From assembly GCA_017473605.1 (NCBI GenBank), contig JAFUKM010000008.1, positions 26,881 to 90,880 of the forward strand: a stretch of 64,000 nt of DNA. The letters run 5' to 3'. The stretch is from Clostridia bacterium. GTDB lineage: Bacteria > Bacillota > Clostridia > Christensenellales > Borkfalkiaceae. The notes under the pieces were generated by a model. It ran no database searches. It was not told the DNA's origin and saw only the letters and a list, made by a program, of their open reading frames with translations. How positions within the stretch are numbered: the stretch's first letter is position 1; every line of letters begins with the position of its first letter. A program made the position numbers and the translations under genes. This document shows, one piece after another, positions 54,671-62,937 of the stretch.

Positions 54671-55324
54671 ATGAAAAAAACTCAAATTGCGCCGTCTATT
54701 TTATCGGCAAACTTTTCCAAAATGGGCGAAGAAGTACTCTCGCTTGAACAATGCGGCGCGGACGTCGTGCATTGCGACGTGATGGACGGCGTATTCGTCA
54801 ATAATATCACGTTCGGTATTAAGATGGTGGAAGATTTGCGGAAAATCACGAAATTGCCCCTTGATTGCCACCTGATGATTGTACATCCCGAGAAGTACGT
54901 GGAGCGTTTCGCCAAAGCGGGCGCGGATATCATCACCGTGCACTGGGAAGCGTGTCAGGACAATTTGAAAGAAGTATTACAGCTTATCAAATCGATGGGC
55001 GTAAAATGCGGCGCAGTCATCAATCCCGATACGCCTGTGAAAAAAATCGCGGACGTTATCCCTATGTGCGATATGGTACTTGTGATGAGCGTATTCCCCG
55101 GTTTCGGCGGACAAAAGTTTATCCCCGAAGCGCTTGACAAACTCCGTCAAGTAAAGGCAATCGTGGAAAGTTGCGGCAAGGAAATCGATATCGAAATCGA
55201 CGGCGGCGTAACGGAAGAAAACGTGGAAGAAATCAAGGCGGCGGGCGCAAACGTCATCGTCGCCGGTAGCACCGTTTTCAAGGCGCAAGACAGGGCGGCT
55301 TGTATTGCAAAATTAAAAGCGTAA
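54671..55324 (+). CDS. rpe: ribulose-phosphate 3-epimerase
   Basis: PSILSANF, HCDVMDG, and VMSV.PGFGGQKF. Confidence 0.95.
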   Translation: MKKTQIAPSILSANFSKMGEEVLSLEQCGADVVHCDVMDGVFVNNITFGIKMVEDLRKITKLPLDCHLMIVHPEKYVERFAKAGADIITVHWEACQDNLKEVLQLIKSMGVKCGAVINPDTPVKKIADVIPMCDMVLVMSVFPGFGGQKFIPEALDKLRQVKAIVESCGKEIDIEIDGGVTEENVEEIKAAGANVIVAGSTVFKAQDRAACIAKLKA

Positions 55325-55348
55325 AGAAAAAAGACGGAACTTTGATAT

Positions 55349-55390
55349 GCACCCCAAAAGTTAGACAAACTTTTGGGGTGCACTTCACTT
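55349..55390 (+). repeat. solo hairpin + cACTTCACTT unit after rpe
   Basis: 12-bp stem GCACCCCAAAAG / CTTTTGGGGTGC followed by ACTTCACTT instead of a U-tract. Confidence 0.5.
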
Positions 55391-55532
55391 ATTCCGTCTT
55401 TTCTATTTACAAAAAAATGAAACTTTTGTGAAAATACTTGACGAATTATTTCTTTTACAGTTATAATACAAAAAAACAAATACGCGCATATCTAATATAA
55501 TATATAATAGCAAACATAAAAGGAGAACGGCT

Positions 55533-55616
55533 ATGAAAAAGAAGAGTTTACAAAAGGTGTTGCTAACTTTGGCTCTTGGCGTTATGTGCGTAAAGGCAAA
55601 AAAGAGAAAAGAATAA
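55533..55616 (+). CDS. 27-aa peptide MKKKSLQKVLLTLALGVMCVKAKKRKE
   Basis: TTGACG-18-TATAAT (55438-67). AAAAGGAGAA lies 7 nt before the ATG. Terminator at 55624-52. It sits between rpe and rpmB. Confidence 0.4.
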   Translation: MKKKSLQKVLLTLALGVMCVKAKKRKE

Positions 55617-55623
55617 AATAATA

Positions 55624-55652
55624 AAACCGAACGGTTATCCGCTCGGTTTTTT
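55624..55652 (+). terminator. rho-independent terminator
   Basis: Stem AACCGAACGG / CCGCTCGGTT followed by TTTT. Confidence 0.65.
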
Positions 55653-55660
55653 CATAACGC

Positions 55661-55690
55661 AAAAAGCCGACTGAAACCAGTCGGCTTTTA
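55661..55690 (-). terminator. terminator of rpmB (bidirectional hairpin)
   Basis: AAAGCCGACTG / CAGTCGGCTTT. Confidence 0.75.
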
Positions 55691-55709
55691 CACTACTTTC
55701 GTGCGATGA

Positions 55710-55895
55710 TTAGTCTGCTTTTTTAAGCGTTCTGATGCATCTTGCGCAAACGTAACCGTTCGTTTCCTTGCCGTCTTCCACGTAGGAAATTTTCTGTACG
55801 TTTACCTTGAACGTTCTTCTCGTTTTACGGTTGGAGTGGCTGACGTTATTGCCCGAAGCTTGACCTTTACCGCAAATATTGCATACTCTCGACAT
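55710..55895 (-). CDS. rpmB: 50S ribosomal protein L28
   Basis: [11 protein letters not shown]...[14 protein letters not shown] 55895 follows GGAGGTG. Confidence 0.93.
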   Translation of the reverse strand: MSRVCNICGKGQASGNNVSHSNRKTRRTFKVNVQKISYVEDGKETNGYVCARCIRTLKKAD

Positions 55896-56134
55896 ATGAA
55901 CACCTCCGTTGGGATAATTTTTCCGTATTTTGTACATAAAATATCTTGTTATTGCCTACGCCAAGAACATAGGCGAACGAACAAGCATAAATAATATATC
56001 ATTTTTAATGAGAAAAATCAATCAAAAATACGCCCTAAAAAACAAAAAATAAAAAATATTCCGATTTTTTTGGAAAAGTACTTGCCAAAAGAGCATAAAT
56101 AGTGTAAAATGAAATAGTCTATTGGAGAAAGTTT

Positions 56135-56485
56135 ATGTCAGTTAATACCAACAACGCATACGGCAAAATTTCGATATCGGACTTGGCGATTGCCAAGGTC
56201 GCTTCTCATACTGCGATGGAATCCTACGGAATCGTAGAAATGGTATCGCGCCGTTTTACGGATACGCTTGCGCTGCTTTTGAAAAAAGACGGCGAAGGGC
56301 GTGGTATTAAAGTAACCGCTTTCGGGAACAGAATTTATATCGACGTGTACGTCATAATTAAATACGGCGTATCGATTGCCGCTGTTGCCGATTCGCTCAA
56401 AGAAGCAATTAAATACAAAGTAGAAGCCTTTACGGGCATGATAGTCGATACGGTGAACGTAAACGTCATCGACGTAAAATTATGA
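56135..56485 (+). CDS. Asp23/Gls24-family envelope stress protein
   Basis: GKISISDLAIAKVASHTAMESYGIV pattern. Syntenic with yloU. Confidence 0.88.
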   Translation: MSVNTNNAYGKISISDLAIAKVASHTAMESYGIVEMVSRRFTDTLALLLKKDGEGRGIKVTAFGNRIYIDVYVIIKYGVSIAAVADSLKEAIKYKVEAFTGMIVDTVNVNVIDVKL

Positions 56486-56582
56486 TTTTTCCCGAGCGCA
56501 TACGGATTGCCGTGATTGCGCTTTTTTGCGTATAAAGTCTTTTTCGAAAGACGCACAATTACGAATTTAAGGAGCATTTATA

Positions 56583-58223
56583 ATGCATAAAACGATAAAC
56601 AGCATCGAATTTAGAAAGATGGTTCTTGTCGGTGCGAAACAATTAGAGATAAACCGCGCGAAAGTGGACGCGCTTAACGTTTTCCCCGTCCCCGACGGCG
56701 ATACGGGTACGAATATGTCGCTGACGATGCAGTCGGCTGTAAGAGAGCTTACCGCTTGTCAATCCAACGCGTTTTCCGAAGTATGCAACAGTGTTTCCAA
56801 AGGCGCGCTCCGCGGCGCAAGGGGCAACTCGGGCGTTATCCTTTCCCAGATACTCAAAGGGATTTGTACCGTTTTGAGTAATTGTGAAGAAGTAGATACC
56901 AAGACGTTTGCCAAAGCGCTTGAACAAGGCACGAAGGTAGCGTACGGCGCGGTGTCCGTACCCAAAGAAGGTACGATTCTCACCGTTATCCGTATGATGA
57001 GCGAATATGCGATGAAAATCGCGAATAAAAAGAAGAATTTTGAAGACTTTTTCAAAGAAGTTATCGATGAAGGCGAAAGAGCCTTGGCGCTCACGCCCAC
57101 TCTTCTTCCCGTTCTTAAAAAAGCGGGCGTTGTAGACTCTGGCGGCGTAGGGCTTATGGTTATCATCAAAGGCTTTGCGTCCGAGCTGACGGGTGAAGAA
57201 ATTGCGGATAGCGTAACGGAAGCGGAAGCTGCCGCTCCCGAAGCGGAATTTGGCGACAATTCCAATATTATCAATATGGATTTGGGCGATATTCAATACG
57301 CCTATTGTACGGAATTCTTCATTATCAATATGAAGAAGAGCACGACGCTTTCGGCGATAGATAAATTGCGCGAAAGATTGATGAATTTGGGCGACAGCGT
57401 TATTTGTATCGGGGATTTGGATTTGGTAAAAGTACACGTGCATACCAATCAACCGGGCAAAGCGCTTACTTATGCGTTGGAGCTTGGCGAGCTTGACCGT
57501 CCGAAGATTGAAAATATGCTCGAACAAAACCGCCAGCTGAAAGCGAAGATGGAAGCGGAAAAGAAAGAAATGGGTATGCTTGCCATTTGTACGGGCACGG
57601 GTTTGACGGAAATCTTCAAGGATTTGTCGGTGGACGGCATTATCGAAGGTGGGCAAACGATGAACCCCAGCGCCAGCGACATTGCGACTGCGGCGCAAAA
57701 AATCAACGCGGAGCATATCTTCGTGTTCCCCAATAATAAAAATATTATTTTGGCGGCGGAACAGGCAAAAGCGCTCGTGGAAAATAAAACGATTCACGTT
57801 ATCCCCACTAAAAACGTACCGCAAGGCTTTGCGGCTGCGCTTGAATTCAATCCCGAAGCCAGCGCAGAAGAAAATAAGACGAATATGATTCACGCGCTCG
57901 ATAACGTGAAAGCGGGGCAAGTAACGTATGCGGTGCGTAATACTTCGCTCAACGGCTTCTCCATTAAAGAAGGGGATATCATCGGCTTGGACGATAAGAA
58001 AATTTTGGCGAAATCGCACTCGGTGGAAGAAACGATGTTGAAGCTGATTGCCAAGATGAAGGAAGAATTCCACCAAATGATTACCTTGTATTACGGCGAA
58101 GACGTCAAGGAAGAAGAGGCGGAGGCGCTGTGCGCGGCAATCGCGGAAAAATATCCCGATTGCGACGTCGATTTCCATAACGGCGGTCAATCGGTATACT
58201 ATTATATCCTTTCCTTGGAATAA
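56583..58223 (+). CDS. yloV: DAK2 domain-containing protein (YloV type)
   Basis: VFPVPDGDTGTNM motif. 546 aa. Syntenic before recG. Confidence 0.88.
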   Translation: MHKTINSIEFRKMVLVGAKQLEINRAKVDALNVFPVPDGDTGTNMSLTMQSAVRELTACQSNAFSEVCNSVSKGALRGARGNSGVILSQILKGICTVLSNCEEVDTKTFAKALEQGTKVAYGAVSVPKEGTILTVIRMMSEYAMKIANKKKNFEDFFKEVIDEGERALALTPTLLPVLKKAGVVDSGGVGLMVIIKGFASELTGEEIADSVTEAEAAAPEAEFGDNSNIINMDLGDIQYAYCTEFFIINMKKSTTLSAIDKLRERLMNLGDSVICIGDLDLVKVHVHTNQPGKALTYALELGELDRPKIENMLEQNRQLKAKMEAEKKEMGMLAICTGTGLTEIFKDLSVDGIIEGGQTMNPSASDIATAAQKINAEHIFVFPNNKNIILAAEQAKALVENKTIHVIPTKNVPQGFAAALEFNPEASAEENKTNMIHALDNVKAGQVTYAVRNTSLNGFSIKEGDIIGLDDKKILAKSHSVEETMLKLIAKMKEEFHQMITLYYGEDVKEEEAEALCAAIAEKYPDCDVDFHNGGQSVYYYILSLE

Positions 58224-58270
58224 TGTATAACTGTTTGCATAATATTATAAAAATACAAAAATAACACAAA

Positions 58271-58301
58271 GGCGACGGGGCGGGCAGTTTCGTCGCTTTT
58301 T
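58271..58301 (+). terminator. probable rho-independent terminator
   Basis: Stem GCGACG / CGTCGC followed by TTTTT. Confidence 0.55.
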
Positions 58302-58320
58302 GCATAAAGCGGTAGGAAAT

Positions 58321-60327
58321 ATGCGGATTTCAGCACTTCGCTCGATAGGCGAAAAACGGGAAAAAGATTTTAATAAATTGGGGCTGTACGAAGCGGAAGA
58401 TTTGGTACGGTTTTATCCGCGCGCATACCTTGATTTAACCGAGCGCTCGTCGCTCAAAACCGCCTATCATAACGACATGGTTTTAATTGCCTGCGAAGTA
58501 ACGCGGCTTGCGCCCGTTAACTATGGAAGTCGGCAAAAGCTTGTAAAAGCCTACTGTTCGCAAGACGGTTATCCTTTTACTGCCGTGTGGTTCAATCAGC
58601 CTTACGTGGCGCAAAAATTAAAGGCGGGCGAGTATTTGTTTTATGGCAGAGTACAAAACAAATACGGACAAATTTCACTGGTCAATCCCACGTTCGAGCC
58701 GTTGGATAAAAACTACCTTTTAAAGGGCATTATCCCCGTTTATCCGCTCAAAGGCAAGCTCAATCAAAAGCTGGTAAGGAGCGCGGTAAAAGAAGCGCTC
58801 TCCCGTACGGATATCGGCAGCGTAATCCCCGATAAAATTATACAAAAATACAATCTCCCGTCTTTGGAAAAAGCCTTTTTTCAGGTGCATAATCCGACAA
58901 GTCAAGCGGAAAAGGCCGAGGCGAGCGAACGGATAGCGCTTGAAGAGTATTTCACGCTCATTTCCGCGTTCAAGATTATCAAAGGTGGCAAGGAAGAAGC
59001 GCGACTTCGCCGTTATGGCGTGAGCGCGAGCGAAGTGAAAGATTTTGCGGGTCGGTTCGGCTTCGAATTTACCGACGGGCAAAAACACGCGGTCAACGAT
59101 ATTTTCGAAAACCTGCGCGCGCCGACGAAGATGAACAGGCTGTTGCAAGGGGACGTAGGCAGCGGTAAAACCGCGGTGGCGCTTTGCGGCATATTTATGG
59201 CGGTAAAAAGCGGTTACACGGCGGCGTATTTATCGCCTACCGAAGTGCTTGCCGCGCAAAATTGCGAAGTATTGAAAAAATATTTTCCCGAATACAAGGT
59301 AGGGTATCTTGCCGGCGGTATGACGGCGAAAGAGAAACGGGAAATGAAAACCCGTTTGAAAAACGGAGAAATCGATATTATTTGCGGTACGCACGCGGTT
59401 ATACAAGGGGACGTGGAAATCCCCAAGCTTGCGTTTATCGTGTGTGACGAACAACACCGCTTCGGCGTAGCGCAAAGAAACGCTTTGGCGGAAAAGGGTG
59501 AAGGCGTGGATATGCTGGTTATGAGCGCAACGCCGATTCCCAGAACGCTCTCGCTGATTTTCTACGGCGATTTAGACGTAACGACGATAACGGATAAGCC
59601 CAAGGCAAGACAGGAAATTGCCACGTCGATTATTCCCGAAAGTAAGTATAACGATATGCTCGATTACGTAAAAAGAGAAACGCAAGCGGGCAAGCAAGCG
59701 TACTTTGTTTGCGCGAAAATCGACGATGATGAAGAAAGCTCCATTGTCAGCGTAACCGAGCTATTCGAAGAACTGAAAACGCGGCTTCCCACCGTTCGGT
59801 TCGCCTTGTTACACGGGCGTATGAAAGATAAGGAAAAGGCGGAAGTGATGACGGCGTTCAAAAACCGTGCGTACGACTGTTTGGTTTCCACGACGGTTAT
59901 CGAAGTGGGTATCGACGTGCCCAACGCAACGATAATGATTATTTCCAATGCCGAACGCTTTGGGCTTTCGCAGCTGCACCAATTACGCGGGCGCGTGGGC
60001 AGGGGCGCGGAAAAGAGCTATTGTTTCCTTTTGATGGGCGCGGAGAGCGATACGGCGAAGGAACGGCTGTTGACGCTGAAAAACAATGCGGACGGGTTCA
60101 AGATAGCCGAAAAGGATTTGGAAATGCGCGGCGGCGGCGATTTCTTCGGCACAAGACAATCGGGCAAAATGCTTGGAGATATCAAGAATTTGAAATATCC
60201 CACGGAAGTGGTATTCGCGGCGAAACGGCTTTCGGACGACGCGTTTGAAATGCGGCTGGATAGCGAAGAATTGCGTCGAGCGGCGCTGAAAAAATACGAT
60301 AGCCTGAAAGACGTCGTTTTGAACTGA
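58321..60327 (+). CDS. recG: ATP-dependent DNA helicase RecG
   Basis: GDVGSGKT, DEQHRFG, and a wedge domain at the N-terminus. ATG 58321 is preferred over TTG 58300. Confidence 0.94.
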   Translation: MRISALRSIGEKREKDFNKLGLYEAEDLVRFYPRAYLDLTERSSLKTAYHNDMVLIACEVTRLAPVNYGSRQKLVKAYCSQDGYPFTAVWFNQPYVAQKLKAGEYLFYGRVQNKYGQISLVNPTFEPLDKNYLLKGIIPVYPLKGKLNQKLVRSAVKEALSRTDIGSVIPDKIIQKYNLPSLEKAFFQVHNPTSQAEKAEASERIALEEYFTLISAFKIIKGGKEEARLRRYGVSASEVKDFAGRFGFEFTDGQKHAVNDIFENLRAPTKMNRLLQGDVGSGKTAVALCGIFMAVKSGYTAAYLSPTEVLAAQNCEVLKKYFPEYKVGYLAGGMTAKEKREMKTRLKNGEIDIICGTHAVIQGDVEIPKLAFIVCDEQHRFGVAQRNALAEKGEGVDMLVMSATPIPRTLSLIFYGDLDVTTITDKPKARQEIATSIIPESKYNDMLDYVKRETQAGKQAYFVCAKIDDDEESSIVSVTELFEELKTRLPTVRFALLHGRMKDKEKAEVMTAFKNRAYDCLVSTTVIEVGIDVPNATIMIISNAERFGLSQLHQLRGRVGRGAEKSYCFLLMGAESDTAKERLLTLKNNADGFKIAEKDLEMRGGGDFFGTRQSGKMLGDIKNLKYPTEVVFAAKRLSDDAFEMRLDSEELRRAALKKYDSLKDVVLN

Positions 60328-60384
60328 TTTTGCTTAAAAAAGGTGAAAAATCAAAGAAAATTCGCAAAAATTATCTTTTGGCTA

Positions 60385-60413
60385 TTGACGAATAGAAAAA
60401 ATTGTAGTATAAT
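60385..60413 (+). promoter_or_regulatory. sigma-A type promoter
   Basis: TTGACG, 17-nt spacer, TATAAT. Confidence 0.6.
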
Positions 60414-60443
60414 GTAAAATGAAGAACGCTTTGGAGGTATCGT

Positions 60444-61076
60444 ATGGCGTTGAAAAACAAATGGAACGTAGAACAGTTTGCGTTTGATGAAAACGGTTTG
60501 CTTCCCGTAATCGTGCAAGACTATGAAAGCGGCGAAGTGCTTATGCTTGCTTGCATGAATAAAGAAGCGGCAATGCAAACGGTGGAAACGGGTTACGCGC
60601 ACTATTACGATAAGGCGACGGGCGTGGCGGATACGTTCGGCGCGGTGGAAGGGAATACGCAAAAAGTAATGGCGGCGTTCGTGGCGGACGGCGGCAAAAC
60701 GTTATTGCTCAAAGTAAAACCCAACGGCAACGCTTCTCCCGACGGCAAGTTCTCTTGTTTCAGCGAACAAATCAAGGGCGATTATAAGGATATCGGCGGC
60801 GAGATGTTCGGGCGCTTGCAACGGATTGTGAAAGAATATCAAGCGAACCCCGAAGACGGCGGATACACCAGCTACTTGTTTGCCAAGGGCGTGGACAGAA
60901 TCGGCAAAAAGGTAGGCGAAGAAGCGGTGGAATTCGTGATTGCCAGCAAAAACCCCGAAAAGGAAGGGGTGGTCGCGGAAGCGGCGGACTTATTGTATCA
61001 CGTAATGGTGCTTTTGAGCGCGCGCGACGTGGATATTTCCGAAGTCTGCGCGGAGCTTTGCAAACGGAACAGATAA
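60444..61076 (+). CDS. HisI-like (degenerate) + HisE (PRA-PH) two-domain protein
   Basis: LLPVIVQD..GEVLMLACMN and SCF remain from HisI, but the SR..LW.KGE.SG, DCD.D and C.H.G positions are replaced. The HisE half (KVGEEAVE...EAADLLYH) looks intact. Confidence 0.65.
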   Translation: MALKNKWNVEQFAFDENGLLPVIVQDYESGEVLMLACMNKEAAMQTVETGYAHYYDKATGVADTFGAVEGNTQKVMAAFVADGGKTLLLKVKPNGNASPDGKFSCFSEQIKGDYKDIGGEMFGRLQRIVKEYQANPEDGGYTSYLFAKGVDRIGKKVGEEAVEFVIASKNPEKEGVVAEAADLLYHVMVLLSARDVDISEVCAELCKRNR

Positions 61077-61091
61077 TTACATAAAACCTCA

Positions 61092-61127
61092 AACGGCTTG
61101 GACAAAATCTTCCAAGCCGTTTTTGTT
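61092..61127 (+). terminator. rho-independent terminator
   Basis: Stem AACGGCTTGGA / TCCAAGCCGTT followed by TTTT. Confidence 0.8.
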
Positions 61128-61138
61128 TGCAAAAACCG

Positions 61139-61167
61139 TTGACAACGCTCATTAAAAATGGTACAAT
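61139..61167 (+). promoter_or_regulatory. sigma-A type promoter with extended -10
   Basis: TTGACA, 17-nt spacer, TGG-TACAAT. Confidence 0.6.
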
Positions 61168-61173
61168 ACAGTT

Positions 61174-61337
61174 GCGACTCAAAACTGCATTTTTCAGAAA
61201 GTATACTTCCTGTGGCGGAAGTGTACCTTTTCGCGTTATCAAAAATCTTTCTGAAAAATGATTTTGTGTTTTGTGTCGCAGCAAAGCGAAAAGAACATTT
61301 TTGCAGATGTCGTTCGTTTTGCGAACGGCATTTTTTA
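61174..61337 (+). promoter_or_regulatory. structured 5' leader ending in an intrinsic terminator (riboswitch/attenuator candidate)
   Basis: TTTTTCAGAAAG (61190-) pairs with CTTTCTGAAAAA (61247-). Inner hairpin ACTTCC-TGTGGC-GGAAGT. CTTTTCGC/GCGAAAAG is an alternative pairing. The terminator is a 10-bp stem at 61307-61331 plus a T-run. Confidence 0.45.
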
Positions 61338-61367
61338 TTTTATATCAGTAAAAGGAGAAACATAACA

Positions 61368-62456
61368 ATGTCAAAAAGCAAAGCAAAAAGTATCGTGAGC
61401 ATAATCGTTTCGATTATTTCGTTTGTAATCGCGGCGGTGATGTTGGTGCCGACGATAAAAAACCTGATAGAAAGCCAACGGGAAGCGGAAGCCAACCGCC
61501 CGAAAGCCATATCCGCGCCCGCCGATTTTACGTACGACGAAGAAACGTACACGTTGTCTTGGGGAAGCGTAGAAAACGCAACGGGGTACGTTCTCGATTA
61601 TAACGGGCGGGAAATCGAATTGGAAAAAACGGAAACCGAATATACCGTATTGCTGACGGCAACGGAAAACGCGTTTAAGATAAAGGCGAAAGGGAACGGG
61701 GACAAATATCTCGATTCCGATTGGTCGCAGACGTTGACGTATACGATGGGCGCAATCGGCGAAGATAACGGAAGCGATAATGCCGAACAGGAAATCTCCT
61801 TGTATGATAAAATCAATATGGAGCTTGCCCGCGCCGCGCAAGCAAAAGGGTATACATTGGAACGGGTAATAGGGATTCCCTTTGCGCAAACGACAGGTTT
61901 GGGTTTGCGTTGCGGGATTGATTTTATGTGTATTGTAACTAAACGAAATGTTGAATATAGTGTTGCTGTGTGCTATAATATGGAAAAAGCAATAACAATT
62001 TGTGAGTTGATTGACAACCTATCGAAAGAAACATTTTCATCATTAAGGGTCTATTCCACCGTAGTCTACAACTCGGCGGAAAAGTTTATTGCCAGTAAAA
62101 ACTATGCGGGGGAAATGAAAAAGCTGTACGAGCAAGGGTATGAAATCACGGTATTGGACAGTTGCGTACGGGAAGGGATAACGGGAAGCAATCTATTCCG
62201 TTTTGAAATCGTAGGCACGTACAAAGCGGTACACGAAAACGGGGACGTCAAATATTTTACGTCGGTCAACCAAGTGGACGTGTTGAACGTAAGTTCTGCG
62301 GAAAGCTATAATTATGAGCCGGCGTTTAATATAGAGGGTCGGGTGGAAATCACAGAAACCCAATACATATTACACGAAGAAGGCGGAACGCTGGAATATA
62401 TGGCAAAGCTGATAGAACAGCAAGAGCGAGCGTTAGCGGAAAAAGAAAGCGCGTAA
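61368..62456 (+). CDS. membrane-anchored hypothetical protein with FN3-like ectodomain segment
   Basis: AAAGGAGAAA lies 8 nt before ATG 61368. N-terminal TM SIVSIIVSIISFVIAAVMLV. ...TYTLSWGSVENATGYVLDYNG resembles FN3. Confidence 0.6.
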   Translation: MSKSKAKSIVSIIVSIISFVIAAVMLVPTIKNLIESQREAEANRPKAISAPADFTYDEETYTLSWGSVENATGYVLDYNGREIELEKTETEYTVLLTATENAFKIKAKGNGDKYLDSDWSQTLTYTMGAIGEDNGSDNAEQEISLYDKINMELARAAQAKGYTLERVIGIPFAQTTGLGLRCGIDFMCIVTKRNVEYSVAVCYNMEKAITICELIDNLSKETFSSLRVYSTVVYNSAEKFIASKNYAGEMKKLYEQGYEITVLDSCVREGITGSNLFRFEIVGTYKAVHENGDVKYFTSVNQVDVLNVSSAESYNYEPAFNIEGRVEITETQYILHEEGGTLEYMAKLIEQQERALAEKESA

Positions 62457-62485
62457 AGAGAAAGAATACATAATAAAATGGTAAA

Positions 62486-62526
62486 AAACGGCGATTCTAC
62501 CTTGGGTAGAGTCGTCCGTTTTTTGG
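62486..62526 (+). terminator. rho-independent terminator
   Basis: Stem ACGGCGATTCTAC / GTAGAGTCGTCCGT followed by TTTTT. Confidence 0.7.
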
Positions 62527-62613
62527 TAGAATTTACAAACGGATTTGTAGAAGGGAAAGACGCTGCAAATCCGTTTTTTTGTGGTAAAATATGGAAAAAG
62601 CGGAAGGGGCGCT

Positions 62614-62805
62614 TGCGGTGGTGGCAAGCTGCCACTTCCAAGTCTTTCTATCTTTCACTATCGCTTATGCTTAGCTATATCGTTGACAAATATAAATATA
62701 AGCCGCAACTTTTTGTCCGTTTTACGGACAAAAACTTCACTTCGGCGTAGCCGAAACTTCACTGCGCAGTAACTTCACTTTGGCATAGCCAAAACTTCAC
62801 TATAA
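62614..62805 (+). repeat. second full-length modular repeat element
   Basis: Hairpin GTGGCAAGCTGCCAC (62621-35). Core TTCCAAGTCTTTCTATCTTTC (62636-56). ...AAATATAAGCCGCAAC. Hairpin 62711-34. AACTTCACT at 62733, 62755, 62771 and 62793. Confidence 0.9.
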
Positions 62806-62937
62806 AGCAGCTTCGCTTTTCACGGTAGACGCACTTTTCAAAACTTCCGATAAAACAAGCAAAAACGACAAAATATCCGCCGATAAATCCGTTATCCTAT
62901 TCTATGCGAAATTTTCGGAACAAGGAGCGCGTAGATT

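Noticed and set aside
56643-58190. 515-aa ORF antisense to the DAK2/yloV gene
   Set aside because: It overlaps a well-supported gene (DGDTGTNM motif, synteny). The product is Arg/Phe/His-rich low-complexity sequence with no SD. This is the typical shadow frame produced by the strong codon bias of this genome.
61258-61365. 35-codon ORF in the 61174-61337 leader as a leader peptide
   Set aside because: No SD precedes ATG 61258, and the frame runs through the terminator and the downstream SD.
62478-62750. 90-aa ORF covering the terminator and repeat element upstream of minD
   Set aside because: It consists of a terminator hairpin plus repeat modules. The same KSFYLSLSL string arises from the repeat core elsewhere. 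It has no SD.
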